Part shown: positions 8,305-16,536 of the stretch, one piece after another | Numbering within the stretch: position 1 is the first letter of the stretch | How the letters are laid out: every line of letters begins with the position of its first letter | Origin: a virus | Lineage: Duplodnaviria > Caudoviricetes | Strand: one strand, 5' to 3' | IMG/VR virus record: IMGVR_UViG_3300038393_000273 | Span: 1-41,771 of that record | Length of the DNA: 41,771 nt | Notes under the pieces: model-generated | What the model was told of the DNA's origin: nothing | Database searches by the model: none | What the model saw: the letters and a program-made list of their open reading frames with translations, nothing else | Translations under genes and position numbers: made by a program

Positions 8305-8958
8305 TCAGATCCCCAGTGCGCCGAAGATGCCGTTCGGCTTCTTGCGCTTGCTCGCGACGAGGTGTCGGAGCTTGTTGCGGGTCAGGACGCGCCGGCGGCG
8401 GTCCGGGTCGGCCATGACGTCCCGATAGACGTCGGCGCGGGTCTTCGGCGTGTACACGGCGTCCGGCTTATTGCCGACGGCGTAGACAGGCGCGGGGTAG
8501 GCGCCATAGTTCGCCTCGAAGCGCTTGATGTACACGCGACGCGGCTCGCAGGTGCGCAGTTGGCTGATGTACCAGCGGGCCCGGGCTGGCGCCAGGTCGA
8601 GCGCGTCGCCTATCTCATTTGCAGTCATCGGCGAGCGCTGGAGCATTTCAACCAGACGCTTGAACGTGCGATCGACGACATCCTTGCGCCCCTGGAGGAT
8701 CTGGCGAGTCGGGATGTAGGTCGCATCGGCTTGGTCGCCCGCGCTGTACTTCGGCGCCGGCCGGCCGCCGTCGGCGTTGTAGACGTGGCCCGCTACGTGC
8801 ACGAGCCGCGGTGACGCTTCCTTCATCGCTTTCAGGTGGATGTTGATGCCGTCCTTGGTCAGGTGCAGACGATCCGCAAGCTGTTGCGCGGTCAGTGGTT
8901 CGTCGGCAATAGCGGCCAGGATGCGGCCGCGCTGGTATGCGGTGCGTGGGTCGGCCAT
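8305..8958 (-). CDS. Tandem winged-HTH DNA-binding protein
   Basis: Two similar units: PLTAQQLADRLHL...PAPKYSAG and PMTANEIGDALDL...PAPVYAVG. Confidence 0.7.
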   Translation of the reverse strand: MADPRTAYQRGRILAAIADEPLTAQQLADRLHLTKDGINIHLKAMKEASPRLVHVAGHVYNADGGRPAPKYSAGDQADATYIPTRQILQGRKDVVDRTFKRLVEMLQRSPMTANEIGDALDLAPARARWYISQLRTCEPRRVYIKRFEANYGAYPAPVYAVGNKPDAVYTPKTRADVYRDVMADPDRRRRVLTRNKLRHLVASKRKKPNGIFGALGI

Positions 8959-9164
8959 TATGCGAGTTCCTCCGGGCCGTGCAGCGCGAGCGGGTCCGCA
9001 ACCGGGAGCGCGGGAACCTTCCGAGCCTGGACGTCGACGGCATCGGTCTTGCGACGCCACGGCCCCTTGTACGCAGCTGCCTTCTCGGCTGCGCGGGCGA
9101 CGTCGGCCTCGTTGCGGGCCATGGAGGCCGAGATGTCGGCCAGCAGTTCGCGGAACGTCATCAT
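8958..9164 (-). CDS. Hypothetical protein
   Basis: MMTFRELLADISAS..., packed with overlapping start/stop codons. Confidence 0.55.
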   Translation of the reverse strand: MMTFRELLADISASMARNEADVARAAEKAAAYKGPWRRKTDAVDVQARKVPALPVADPLALHGPEELA

Positions 9165-9373
9165 CCTTGCTCCTTCACGTACCAGCTGCATGGGGTCCGG
9201 CCGTTGGATTCCTCGAACGTGTGCCGGGCGACGATGGACTCGGGCCAGTTCCCGAGCGTGAAGTCGCTGAACGTCACCACTGGTGGCTCAGCCATCCGGG
9301 CGACATCGCGCTCGAGCACACGCGGATAGGTGGTCACGAACTGCTCGAACTCGTCTCGGGTCACGGGCTTCAT
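9161..9373 (-). CDS. Hypothetical protein
   Basis: MKPVTRDEFEQFV..., with an ATGA overlap with the ninG stop and a GGAG SD. Confidence 0.6.
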   Translation of the reverse strand: MKPVTRDEFEQFVTTYPRVLERDVARMAEPPVVTFSDFTLGNWPESIVARHTFEESNGRTPCSWYVKEQG

Positions 9374-9969
9374 GCTTTCTCCTTCAGTGCGCGCAGCTGG
9401 GCGCGGAAGTCTGCCTTCATGGCCAACAGGCCTTCGATGGTGTAGTCGCCGCCGGTCTGGTCGCATTCGAGCGCTTCGACAGCAGCGAGCCCGATGCGCG
9501 CGATCAGGCCAATGCGGTAATCGGCTGCATTGCCAGCGCGGTAGCGGTTGCATTTCTTGCACTGGCCGTGCGCGTTGCGGAAGTCGAAGCGCAGGTGCGG
9601 CGCGCTGCCGCGGCTCCGGTAGTGGCCGCAGTCGTAGCCGCCGCCCGGCTGGTCGGCGAGCGTGGACAGGACCGTCGGGCAGCTGATGCACGTCTCGTTG
9701 CGGTCGCGGAAGCGCACCAGCGCGTTGAATGCGGCTTGCGTCTCGGCAATGTGCTGCGAGCGCGTCTTTATCTTGGCCTTGCGCTCACGGGTCTGCTTGG
9801 TGTCCAGACGCTTGCGCTCGGCAGCGGCGTGCACGGCAGCACAGTCCGGCCCGCAGACCTTGTGGCTGATGTTCCGCGGCTGGAAGCGGTTGGCGCAGCC
9901 TTTGACGGCGCACTTGCGAAGGCGCGGGCCTTTGATCGGCATCTTCCGGGTGAGGGGAGTTCGGAGCAT
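9370..9969 (-). CDS. ninG: NinG/Rap-family recombination endonuclease
   Basis: AFNALVRFRD, CISC and DCGHYRSRGSAPHLRFDFRNAHGQCKKCN motifs. Confidence 0.9.
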   Translation of the reverse strand: MLRTPLTRKMPIKGPRLRKCAVKGCANRFQPRNISHKVCGPDCAAVHAAAERKRLDTKQTRERKAKIKTRSQHIAETQAAFNALVRFRDRNETCISCPTVLSTLADQPGGGYDCGHYRSRGSAPHLRFDFRNAHGQCKKCNRYRAGNAADYRIGLIARIGLAAVEALECDQTGGDYTIEGLLAMKADFRAQLRALKEKA

Positions 9970-9971
9970 GG

Positions 9972-10103
9972 TCAGCGCTCCCGGACGATTTCAATCGTGC
10001 TGAGTACCAAAAACACCGCCACGGCAACAATGTTCGCAGAGCGCGGTACCATCGGTGCCGCGTAGATCGATGCTGTCAGCATGCAATACTGCCAATTCTT
10101 CAT
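9972..10103 (-). CDS. Small hydrophobic peptide (43 aa)
   Basis: MKNWQYCMLTASIYAAPMVPRSANIVAVAVFLVLSTIEIVRER, translated by hand. One likely TM segment. Confidence 0.45.
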   Translation of the reverse strand: MKNWQYCMLTASIYAAPMVPRSANIVAVAVFLVLSTIEIVRER

Positions 10104-10186
10104 AGTCCAGTTCTCTTTCGTTCTAGTTAGTCATGCGCTGTGCGCTATGTGTTGCTGCCGCCCGGCGGCCGGGCGGGGTGGTGCGG

Positions 10187-10816
10187 TTACTGTTCGTCGG
10201 ATGGCAGGACGCGGTAGGTGCGCGCGGTCACGCCCGTCAGGCCGAGTTCGCGGATGCTGTTGGCAAATCGCTCCCAGGCGGTCTCGGCACCCTTGCGGTC
10301 CGCGATGGCACAGGCGGAGCGCAGCAGCTCTTCCATCGCCAGCTCGCGCGCGGACGGCGTGACGCTGCCCTCGATGTGCGCCTGGTACGCCTTCGCGGCA
10401 GCCACCACTTCGGTGTAGTGCTGCGCGCCGGACGTGCGCAGGGCCATGTCGAGCGCGTGCGCGCGCAGGCTCGGGTTGTCGGCGCGGCGTGGCGAGGCAT
10501 CCGCCATCTGTTTCGCATCGTGCTCGCGGTCCTCGGCTTTCTTGGCCTGGCCGATCTGGTACGGCATCCAGGTGGCGTAGAAGCCTCCCTCCGGCACGTC
10601 CTGGCCGTCTTGGACCAGCAGCACGTTCAGGCGCGCATGCGGGAAACCCATGGCGTCGAACACGGTCAGATTCACGGAATCCGGCGACTTCACGGCAGCC
10701 ACGATTGCGGCGAGGGGCTCGCCAGCGGCCGGCGGCGAGAAGTCGGCGGTCTGCGTGTCGGTCGCCGGGTAGAACCAGACGACACGGCCGACGGTGGGGA
10801 TGATCTTGGTGCTCAT
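10187..10816 (-). CDS. Hypothetical phage protein
   Basis: PTVGRVVWFYP, AAIVAAV and VNLTVFD motifs, with coding-like codon bias. Confidence 0.7.
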   Translation of the reverse strand: MSTKIIPTVGRVVWFYPATDTQTADFSPPAAGEPLAAIVAAVKSPDSVNLTVFDAMGFPHARLNVLLVQDGQDVPEGGFYATWMPYQIGQAKKAEDREHDAKQMADASPRRADNPSLRAHALDMALRTSGAQHYTEVVAAAKAYQAHIEGSVTPSARELAMEELLRSACAIADRKGAETAWERFANSIRELGLTGVTARTYRVLPSDEQ

Positions 10817-10847
10817 GTTGCCCTTTCAGGTTGTTGTCGTTCCCGCA

Positions 10848-11126
10848 TCAGCGGGACGGTTGTGCGCTCGCGCGCGAAATGGTCTCGTTGGTCCTGCGTG
10901 GCCGCTGTCCTGCGCCACGGTTGGACGCAGCATCCATGCGGGTTTCAGCGGATCTGCTTGCCTGTCCTGCGCCAGCCTTCTTCGCCAGGAACAGCGGGCA
11001 CGCCTCATTGGTGTCGTCGTGGCGGCGGAGCTTGTCGTATCCGCTGCACATGCCGTATCCGGCCGGCGCGTCGTCCTGGCGGTGGAAGCGGGAGCACAGG
11101 ACGCAGGGGGAGGGCGGGCGGTTCAT
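10848..11126 (-). CDS. Cys-rich hypothetical protein
   Basis: CxxC...C...C pattern. ATGA overlap with the upstream gene. Confidence 0.5.
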   Translation of the reverse strand: MNRPPSPCVLCSRFHRQDDAPAGYGMCSGYDKLRRHDDTNEACPLFLAKKAGAGQASRSAETRMDAASNRGAGQRPRRTNETISRASAQPSR

Positions 11127-11455
11127 GGCTGGCCGCGGCGGCTGGCGATCATCTGATCGGCGTAATACCAACGCCACGCGAAGTACTTCTTCTCGCGCAT
11201 CTGGTCCTTCCACGCGGCCTGCTTGTTCTTCGCCACGAGCCAGCGTGAGTAAAACTCGGCCACCTCCTGCTTGGCGTGGATCACGAGGCCGATGCCGTTC
11301 TTGAGGTCGACGAACTGCGATGCCTCTGCGGCGCCCCAGTGGCTCGGCGCATCGGGGATCAGCGGCATGTTGTTGCCGTGGTCGCCTTTGAACCAGTCAG
11401 GGATGGGCAGCGGCGCATGCGCGGCGAAGTACTCGCGAAGTTCGGTCGTTTTCAT
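11123..11455 (-). CDS. Hypothetical phage protein (REYFAA...YADQMI type)
   Basis: LREYFAAHAP and YYADQMIASR motifs typical of lambdoid nin-region proteins. GGGAGG SD. Confidence 0.7.
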   Translation of the reverse strand: MKTTELREYFAAHAPLPIPDWFKGDHGNNMPLIPDAPSHWGAAEASQFVDLKNGIGLVIHAKQEVAEFYSRWLVAKNKQAAWKDQMREKKYFAWRWYYADQMIASRRGQP

Positions 11456-12258
11456 ACGCGCCTCCCGTCCGCGATGCGGTGCACGTTGGCCGCCGGCTGG
11501 GCGCCTCCCTTGCGCGCATCGGCCCAGGTAAAGGCGCAGATGAACGCGTTCTCGTGCAAGCGGCTGTGCACACGATCGCCGACGAACTTCGCCAAGTCGG
11601 CCAGCGGCTGGTTGCTGATGGCGATGACGGGCTTGTTGTCGTTGTAGCGGCGGTTGATCACCTCCGTCAGCAGCAAGTTGGCGTTCTCCCGATCCGGCTT
11701 GGCGTCGATCTCGTCGAGGATCAGCACGTCGTACTGCAGGAAGCGCAGGATCTCGCCCTCTTGCGTCTTGCCGTCGGTGCTGTAGCTGGCCTGGATCTCG
11801 CTGATCATGCCGTTCGCCGTGATGTAGCGGATCGAGCGCACGGCATTCTTGATGAGCGACTGCGCGAGGTCGCAGGCGAGCAAAGTCTTGCCGGTGCCAG
11901 TGGTACCCGACAGGATCAGCGCGGCCCACGCCGGTTCGCCCAGGATGAAGTCGCGGAAGAGGCGCGTGGTGTGGCGCACGCCTTTCTGCTCGGGCGTGCT
12001 GGCGATGAACTTCTGGTCGACGTATTTTTTCGGGATCGTCGCGGTCGCCATCAGCGCGGCGGAGCGCTCGGCCTTCCAGTTGTCGTGCGCCTCGGCGGCC
12101 AGAACGGCGTCCAGGCAGCGCGGGCAGTGCCAGTCGGCGCCGTTGCGTACGAGGACGTTCGCATCGCCGTGCTGCTCGCAGGTTCCCGACACCATGCTGA
12201 CGCGTCCGGACAGGGCAGGGATGAGGTTTCCGATTTGGTCCATGGTCGTCTCCGTCAA
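11452..12258 (-). CDS. DnaC/IstB-like helicase loader ATPase
   Basis: CEQHG...CPRC zinc motif, Walker A GTTGTGKT, Walker B LILDEI, and ISN and DRVHSRL motifs. Confidence 0.92.
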   Translation of the reverse strand: MTETTMDQIGNLIPALSGRVSMVSGTCEQHGDANVLVRNGADWHCPRCLDAVLAAEAHDNWKAERSAALMATATIPKKYVDQKFIASTPEQKGVRHTTRLFRDFILGEPAWAALILSGTTGTGKTLLACDLAQSLIKNAVRSIRYITANGMISEIQASYSTDGKTQEGEILRFLQYDVLILDEIDAKPDRENANLLLTEVINRRYNDNKPVIAISNQPLADLAKFVGDRVHSRLHENAFICAFTWADARKGGAQPAANVHRIADGRRV

Positions 12259-13229
12259 AGTGGGCTGTCGTCGTCAAGGTCGGCCGCGGTCACGCCGCGC
12301 GCCGCTAGTCCGGCCTGCATCGCAGCCACGTCGGCGGAGCGATCGACGCCCTCGAAGTGGAACTTCTGCGACGGGGCCGGGCCGCGCGGTGTTGCTCGGC
12401 GCTCCCGCGGGTTGAGCAGCCGTTCGACGATCGGGGCCAGGTACTGCGGCGAGATCGTCTCGGTGCCCTTGTGCTCCCGGGCGACTCCGACGGCCTCGGT
12501 CAGCAGCTCGATCGACACGCCGCGGTCGGCCCAGGCCATCACGACGGGATTCGTCGACAGGGCAGAGACGCCGAGAGGGCGCAGGGCGACCGTGATCGCC
12601 AAGGCGGGGTTGACTGGCTCGGGCGGGTCCTCACGCGGCGGCAGCGGTGCAGTCTTCGGGGCGTCCAGGTCCGTCAGGTCGGCAGGCACATCGCCGCCAC
12701 CGCCTTCCGCCGGCGCGCTCGCGTCGGTGGTGATGGGGGTATCAGGATTCAGGATGGGGGAATCAGGAATCAGGGCGTTATGGTTATGTGGCTTAACGTT
12801 ACCTAACGGAGGGATAACGTTAGAAGTCGATTCAGACCCTTTCTTCTTCGTGAACTTGCCAGTTACGCCACCGTTCTTAGTGCGTTCGTTGACGGTGTAG
12901 AAGCCGTCCGAATCAGGAAGCGCACTGTCTTTTTCCGTGGAGTGAGGTGCCTGATGCTTGACGAAGTTGACGATCTCGATGACCTTAACGTTGTCCGCCT
13001 GGTAGCGCTTGATGAAGCCAGCTGCGGCCAGGTCGGACAACGCCTGATCGCAGTCGACGTCGTCGGCCGGGAAGATCTCCATCTTGATCTTCTTCGGGCG
13101 GTCGACCATGCGGCCTTCACGGTCGGCGATCGTCCACAGGCCGATGAACAGCAGGCGGGTAGCGAACGGCAGTTCGACAAGCTCGTCGTTGGTGAAGAAG
13201 CCGGGTTTGATGTTGCGTGCGCGGGCCAT
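12255..13229 (-). CDS. Replication initiator (lambda O analogue)
   Basis: MARARNIKPGFF, RLLFIGLWTIADREGR and NFVKHQ motifs. Lies directly upstream of the DnaC-like gene. Confidence 0.88.
   Translation of the reverse strand: MARARNIKPGFFTNDELVELPFATRLLFIGLWTIADREGRMVDRPKKIKMEIFPADDVDCDQALSDLAAAGFIKRYQADNVKVIEIVNFVKHQAPHSTEKDSALPDSDGFYTVNERTKNGGVTGKFTKKKGSESTSNVIPPLGNVKPHNHNALIPDSPILNPDTPITTDASAPAEGGGGDVPADLTDLDAPKTAPLPPREDPPEPVNPALAITVALRPLGVSALSTNPVVMAWADRGVSIELLTEAVGVAREHKGTETISPQYLAPIVERLLNPRERRATPRGPAPSQKFHFEGVDRSADVAAMQAGLAARGVTAADLDDDSPL
12732..12822. repeat. Repeats inside the initiator gene; candidate replication origin
   Basis: 21-bp tandem repeat (12732-12752 and 12753-12773, 2 mismatches) and two TAACGTTA palindromes (12794, 12815) in a locally AT-richer stretch. 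Confidence 0.5.
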
Positions 13230-13231
13230 CG

Positions 13232-13582
13232 TCAGTGCTCCCCGCTCATGATCTTCAGGGCACGCGCTTTGCCCGGAACGCGCTCGATGTAGCGCTTCTG
13301 CTCAATCGCCTTCAGCATGTCTTCCACGGCGTTGGGCGAGGCAACGCACATGTGCTGGGCCATCTCTACGCGAGTCGGAGCCATGCCGTTGTCCGCCATG
13401 AACCGGAGGATGAAGTCATACAGTTCCTGCTGGCGTGCGGTGAGCGCTGGGCGGTCCTTGGGGGCTGTTCCTGCCAGGGCCTTGTTGAACCAGTAGAACG
13501 CTGCCTGTGCGGTCGCTACTTGCTCAGGATTGTCGAGACAAACCTTGTGGCAGAACTCTTGGAGTGCGGAAAACGGAATCAT
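13232..13582 (-). CDS. LexA DNA-binding-domain protein with no peptidase domain
   Basis: LTARQQELYDFI...PTRVEMAQHM...SPNAVEDMLKAIEQKRYIERVPGKARALKI closely follows the LexA N-domain. Confidence 0.85.
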   Translation of the reverse strand: MIPFSALQEFCHKVCLDNPEQVATAQAAFYWFNKALAGTAPKDRPALTARQQELYDFILRFMADNGMAPTRVEMAQHMCVASPNAVEDMLKAIEQKRYIERVPGKARALKIMSGEH

Positions 13583-13980
13583 GCGGCCTCCTTGCCGGCA
13601 GGGCCGAACAACGCCGCGACGAGCGGATCACGGCGGTCAACGGCTGGGTAGACGCGGAAGGTGGGTTGACGCGGGACAGAGCCCGGCAGGGCGTTGGGCG
13701 TATGCTTCTCTACGTAGGCTGCGGCCGGCTTGGCGCCGATGTGCCACAGGAAGAACATGCCCACGCGGCCGGGGACGGTATGGCGGACACGGTGAACGAT
13801 GCCCAGTTCTTCGAGCGCTTCCAGGCGTTCACGCACGGTGCTGGTCGCGACCGGGAAGCCGCGAGTGACTTCCTGAAGGGTCAGACCGTCGGGGGCGACC
13901 TCGACGAGACGCTGCTCGACGAGATCGGACAAGCGCTCGAGGAACGCCTGACGTTCGGATTTGATCTTGGGCTTCGTCAT
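13579..13980 (-). CDS. Winged-HTH protein
   Basis: GLTLQEVTRGFPVATSTVRERLEALEELGIVHR. Confidence 0.7.
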   Translation of the reverse strand: MTKPKIKSERQAFLERLSDLVEQRLVEVAPDGLTLQEVTRGFPVATSTVRERLEALEELGIVHRVRHTVPGRVGMFFLWHIGAKPAAAYVEKHTPNALPGSVPRQPTFRVYPAVDRRDPLVAALFGPAGKEAA

Positions 13981-14174
13981 GGCGGGCACTCCATGGCGAT
14001 GGCGAGCGTGATGGCCGCGCGAGCCTGTGCACGGCGATCGCGCCAGCCCTGTTGCCAGTCTGCGACCGCATCAACCCAGGGGTTCATGTTGTGGCCTTCG
14101 ATCGGCACGCCACGGTCGAACGCATCAGCGCCGCGCTGGCGGATCGTTTCACGGGAGACGATGTTATCCATCAT
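13977..14174 (-). CDS. Small protein with an Rmf/CrpP-like pattern
   Basis: RGADAFDRG...NP...WQQGW. Confidence 0.5.
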   Translation of the reverse strand: MMDNIVSRETIRQRGADAFDRGVPIEGHNMNPWVDAVADWQQGWRDRRAQARAAITLAIAMECPP

Positions 14175-14365
14175 TCCCCCGCCTGCTTGCGGTAGTGCTC
14201 GACGGCGACCGCCAGTTCCTTGCCGCTGACCTCGTAGCGGCCGGCCTCGCGTGCCTTCTCGCGTCCCTCCGGCGCAAGCTGCACGGCCTTGCGCCGGTCA
14301 GCCCACGCGCACGCCTTGGCGATGACTTTCGTCGCCGCGGTGCTGTTCAGTGGTAAATTGCTCAT
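14171..14365 (-). CDS. Hypothetical protein
   Basis: MSNLPLNSTAATKVIAKACAWADRRK..., with an AAGGA SD. Confidence 0.6.
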   Translation of the reverse strand: MSNLPLNSTAATKVIAKACAWADRRKAVQLAPEGREKAREAGRYEVSGKELAVAVEHYRKQAGE

Positions 14366-14448
14366 CGTTGCGTTTCCTTTATCGGCCCGGCTCTCCTCCG
14401 GGCCTTCCTTTTTCTGCTTCGTGACGGAGGCGGAATCCCTGGAACTGT

Positions 14449-14703
14449 TCAAAGATTCCTCCGTGCGCCACCCATTGCGCCGCGTGCGCGGCTGGCCGGA
14501 CGTCCCACACCCGGACATCCTCGGGATTCCCGTCCCGAGGGCGGCGCCATACCATGCGTGCGCACTGCGCTGTTGATCAGGCTGCGGTTGAGCGCGCTTT
14601 TCGAGATGCCGAGCAGCTTGCTCAGGGCGGTGAAGCCGTTCATCTCGGCCGGGTTCAGCAGCGTTTCCAGGCATTCGGTACGGACAGCGGGGTTCAGGCT
14701 CAT
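14449..14703 (-). CDS. Small DNA-binding protein in the cII position
   Basis: LSKLLGISKSALNRSLI (RHH/HTH-like). AAGGAG SD. Follows cro. Confidence 0.55.
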   Translation of the reverse strand: MSLNPAVRTECLETLLNPAEMNGFTALSKLLGISKSALNRSLINSAVRTHGMAPPSGRESRGCPGVGRPASRARGAMGGARRNL

Positions 14704-14792
14704 GGTTTTCTCCTTGGTGATGCGGGTTTCGAGGACGGCCAACTGGCCGGGGTACTGCTGGGAAAAAGCCCTCGTGCAACTTTTCGGGCACG

Positions 14793-14816
14793 AAAAAACC
14801 GCAGGGGTTACTGCGG
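14793..14816 (-). terminator. tR1-like intrinsic terminator overlapping the cro stop
   Basis: CCGCAG-TAACCC-CTGCGG-TTTTTT on the minus strand. Confidence 0.65.
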
Positions 14817-15002
14817 CTGGGATTCAGCTTTGACGGACTGCAGGATGTGCGGCAACGGAAATACATCCGGGTGGTCCAACCTGACCTGAGCAGGAATGCC
14901 GCGGTCCTTCCAGTTTTGGACGCGCTGGACGCTGCAGCCCAGGCGCGCGGCGAGCTTTGTCGCACCGCCCAAACGCTCGATCAGTTCTTTGTCGGAAAGC
15001 AT
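14808..15002 (-). CDS. cro: Cro-like repressor
   Basis: LIERLGGATKLAARLGCSVQRVQNWKDRGIP HTH. Divergent from cI. Confidence 0.85.
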   Translation of the reverse strand: MLSDKELIERLGGATKLAARLGCSVQRVQNWKDRGIPAQVRLDHPDVFPLPHILQSVKAESQPQ

Positions 15003-15033
15003 CGCTCTCAACCAGTTCGTTTTAGATACCCAC

Positions 15034-15088
15034 ATTAAACACCATGTTTAAACGCCGTGTCAACGCTGTGTGTAACACATCTTGTGTA
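15034..15088 (-). promoter_or_regulatory. PR promoter and OR operators
   Basis: TTGACA-N18-TTTAAT on the minus strand (15063 to 15034). 15-bp sites: TAAACACCATGTTTA (15036), TAAACGCCGTGTCAA (15049), TCAACGCTGTGTGTA (15060), AACACATCTTGTGTA (15074). Confidence 0.75.
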
Positions 15089-15109
15089 GTTAAGCCGATA
15101 ATTTCCGGC

Positions 15110-15823
15110 ATGCACATTCAGATGGAACGGCTGTACCAAGCGGCTAAGGAACTACTTGGCATCACCACGCAGGCCGAGCTGTCCCGTGCGCTCAACCAGT
15201 CCCAGCAGACAGTCAACAACTGGGAGACCAGAGGAATTTCGAATCAGGGCCTTCTGAAGGCTCAGGCGGCCATCGGCTGCTCTGCCACGTGGCTTGCGAC
15301 CGGGGAGGGCGATATGGTTTCGAGGGTTTCACCAGAGGTGGCGGAGGCGCTGAAGCTTGCTCCGGGCGCGCGGCCCGTTCACTCATCCGGTTCAGACGAT
15401 CCAGGCATGACGCAGATCGTGAAAGTGCGGCTGAAGGTTCAGGCCGGCATCACTGGCTTCCAGGTCGAGCCAGAGCACTACGATGGCGAAACGCAGGGAG
15501 TGCCCACGCGCTGGATGCTGAAGGAAGGATTCAGCCGCGATGCGCTCATAGCGATCACAGTCCGTGGCGAAAGCATGGAGCCATCTTTGTACGACGGCGA
15601 TTCAGTGATCGTGAATACGCGAGACAAAAGCCTCGTAGACGGCGCCGTGTACGTCATCAATTACGAGGGCGAGGCTATCGTGAAGCGGATGATCCGCGAC
15701 GCTGGACAGTGGTGGCTGGCATCCGATAACGCGGATCAGCGGAAGTATCACCGAAAGCTATGCAAAGGTGCCGAGTGCATCGTTATCGGGCGCGTGGTTA
15801 GAAAAGAAAGCACTCATATTTAA
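15110..15823 (+). CDS. cI: CI-like repressor, HTH plus S24 autopeptidase
   Basis: HTH TQAELSRALNQSQQTVNNWETRG, Ala-Gly cleavage site (VQAG), catalytic Ser (GESMEP) and Lys (IVKR). Confidence 0.92.
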   Translation: MHIQMERLYQAAKELLGITTQAELSRALNQSQQTVNNWETRGISNQGLLKAQAAIGCSATWLATGEGDMVSRVSPEVAEALKLAPGARPVHSSGSDDPGMTQIVKVRLKVQAGITGFQVEPEHYDGETQGVPTRWMLKEGFSRDALIAITVRGESMEPSLYDGDSVIVNTRDKSLVDGAVYVINYEGEAIVKRMIRDAGQWWLASDNADQRKYHRKLCKGAECIVIGRVVRKESTHI

Positions 15824-15836
15824 ATTGAGCGAGTAA

Positions 15837-16076
15837 ATGAAAAAGATATTAATGAGCCTTGCAGTCATTGTCGGGATTGGGTTTATTTCGCCAGTATCGG
15901 CAGGCTCAACCTTTTGTGCAAACGACGATTTTTGCGCCGGCTTTGAAGAGGGTTACAAGCTATTGAAGGGCGATATGGCTCTTGTGCCGCTATGCCCACT
16001 TGAGCCGCTTACTCCGCTCGGGTCGACTCCTTTTCGGGAAGGCATTAAAGCGGGAATACGCGCAGCTAGAGAATAA
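15837..16076 (+). CDS. Small exported protein (immunity-region moron)
   Basis: Signal peptide MKKILMSLAVIVGIGFISPVSA and three Cys. AT-richer than the flanks. Confidence 0.7.
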   Translation: MKKILMSLAVIVGIGFISPVSAGSTFCANDDFCAGFEEGYKLLKGDMALVPLCPLEPLTPLGSTPFREGIKAGIRAARE

Positions 16077-16136
16077 TCCTGCCGCTCGCAGCGGAAGCGC
16101 CCCGGCACGCCAATATGCCGAACCTGAGAGAGAAAA

Positions 16137-16484
16137 ATGAAAAAGACAATCGCAGCTGTATTCCTGATCGCGCTCGGATCGAGTGCATTTGCACAGACCC
16201 ACGTCAACGGCTATTACAAGCAGAACGGGACGTACGTGCAGCCGCACATGCGTAGCTCGCCCAACAGCACGACACTGGATAATTACAGTACGAAGGGCAA
16301 CGTTAATCCGTACACCGGCCAGGCTGGAACGAAGAACCCAGACCCGCAGGACTATTACGCGCAGCCAGTCCAGCAGCAGCGACAGGTTCAGCCAGTCCAG
16401 CAAATTCAGCCGCTTCAAATGCCGCAACCATTGCAGCCTATTCAGCCATTGCAGCCAATGCAATCGAATCCTAATCGGTTCTGA
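16137..16484 (+). CDS. Exported protein with GYYKQNGTYVQPH/NPYTG motif and QP-repeat tail
   Basis: Signal peptide ending AFA, and a C-terminal (L/V/I/M)QP tripeptide repeat. Confidence 0.75.
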   Translation: MKKTIAAVFLIALGSSAFAQTHVNGYYKQNGTYVQPHMRSSPNSTTLDNYSTKGNVNPYTGQAGTKNPDPQDYYAQPVQQQRQVQPVQQIQPLQMPQPLQPIQPLQPMQSNPNRF

Positions 16485-16512
16485 CAAACAAATCCCTTCT
16501 CATGCTGTAAGC

Positions 16513-16536
16513 AGCCCGCCGCGAGCGGGCTTTTTT
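16513..16536 (+). terminator. Intrinsic terminator ending the cI operon
   Basis: AGCCCGC-CGCGA-GCGGGCT followed by a T-run. Confidence 0.85.

Noticed and set aside
11123-12277. Long ORF-track calls 11123..12277, 5665..6378, 9161..9691, 14171..14965, 19678..20619, 27224..28102 and 33941..34834 as full-length proteins
   Set aside because: Their N-terminal parts are off-frame overlaps of upstream genes. The real starts are the internal SD-preceded or stop-overlapping codons given in the features.
15003-15014. boxA-like CGCTCTCAACCA near cro
   Set aside because: It is on the wrong strand for the PR transcript and has no adjacent boxB.
16360-16465. Short tandem repeats (CAGCC-rich) as a CRISPR array or VNTR element
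   Set aside because: They are 9-nt coding repeats for the QP tail, with no spacers and no cas genes.
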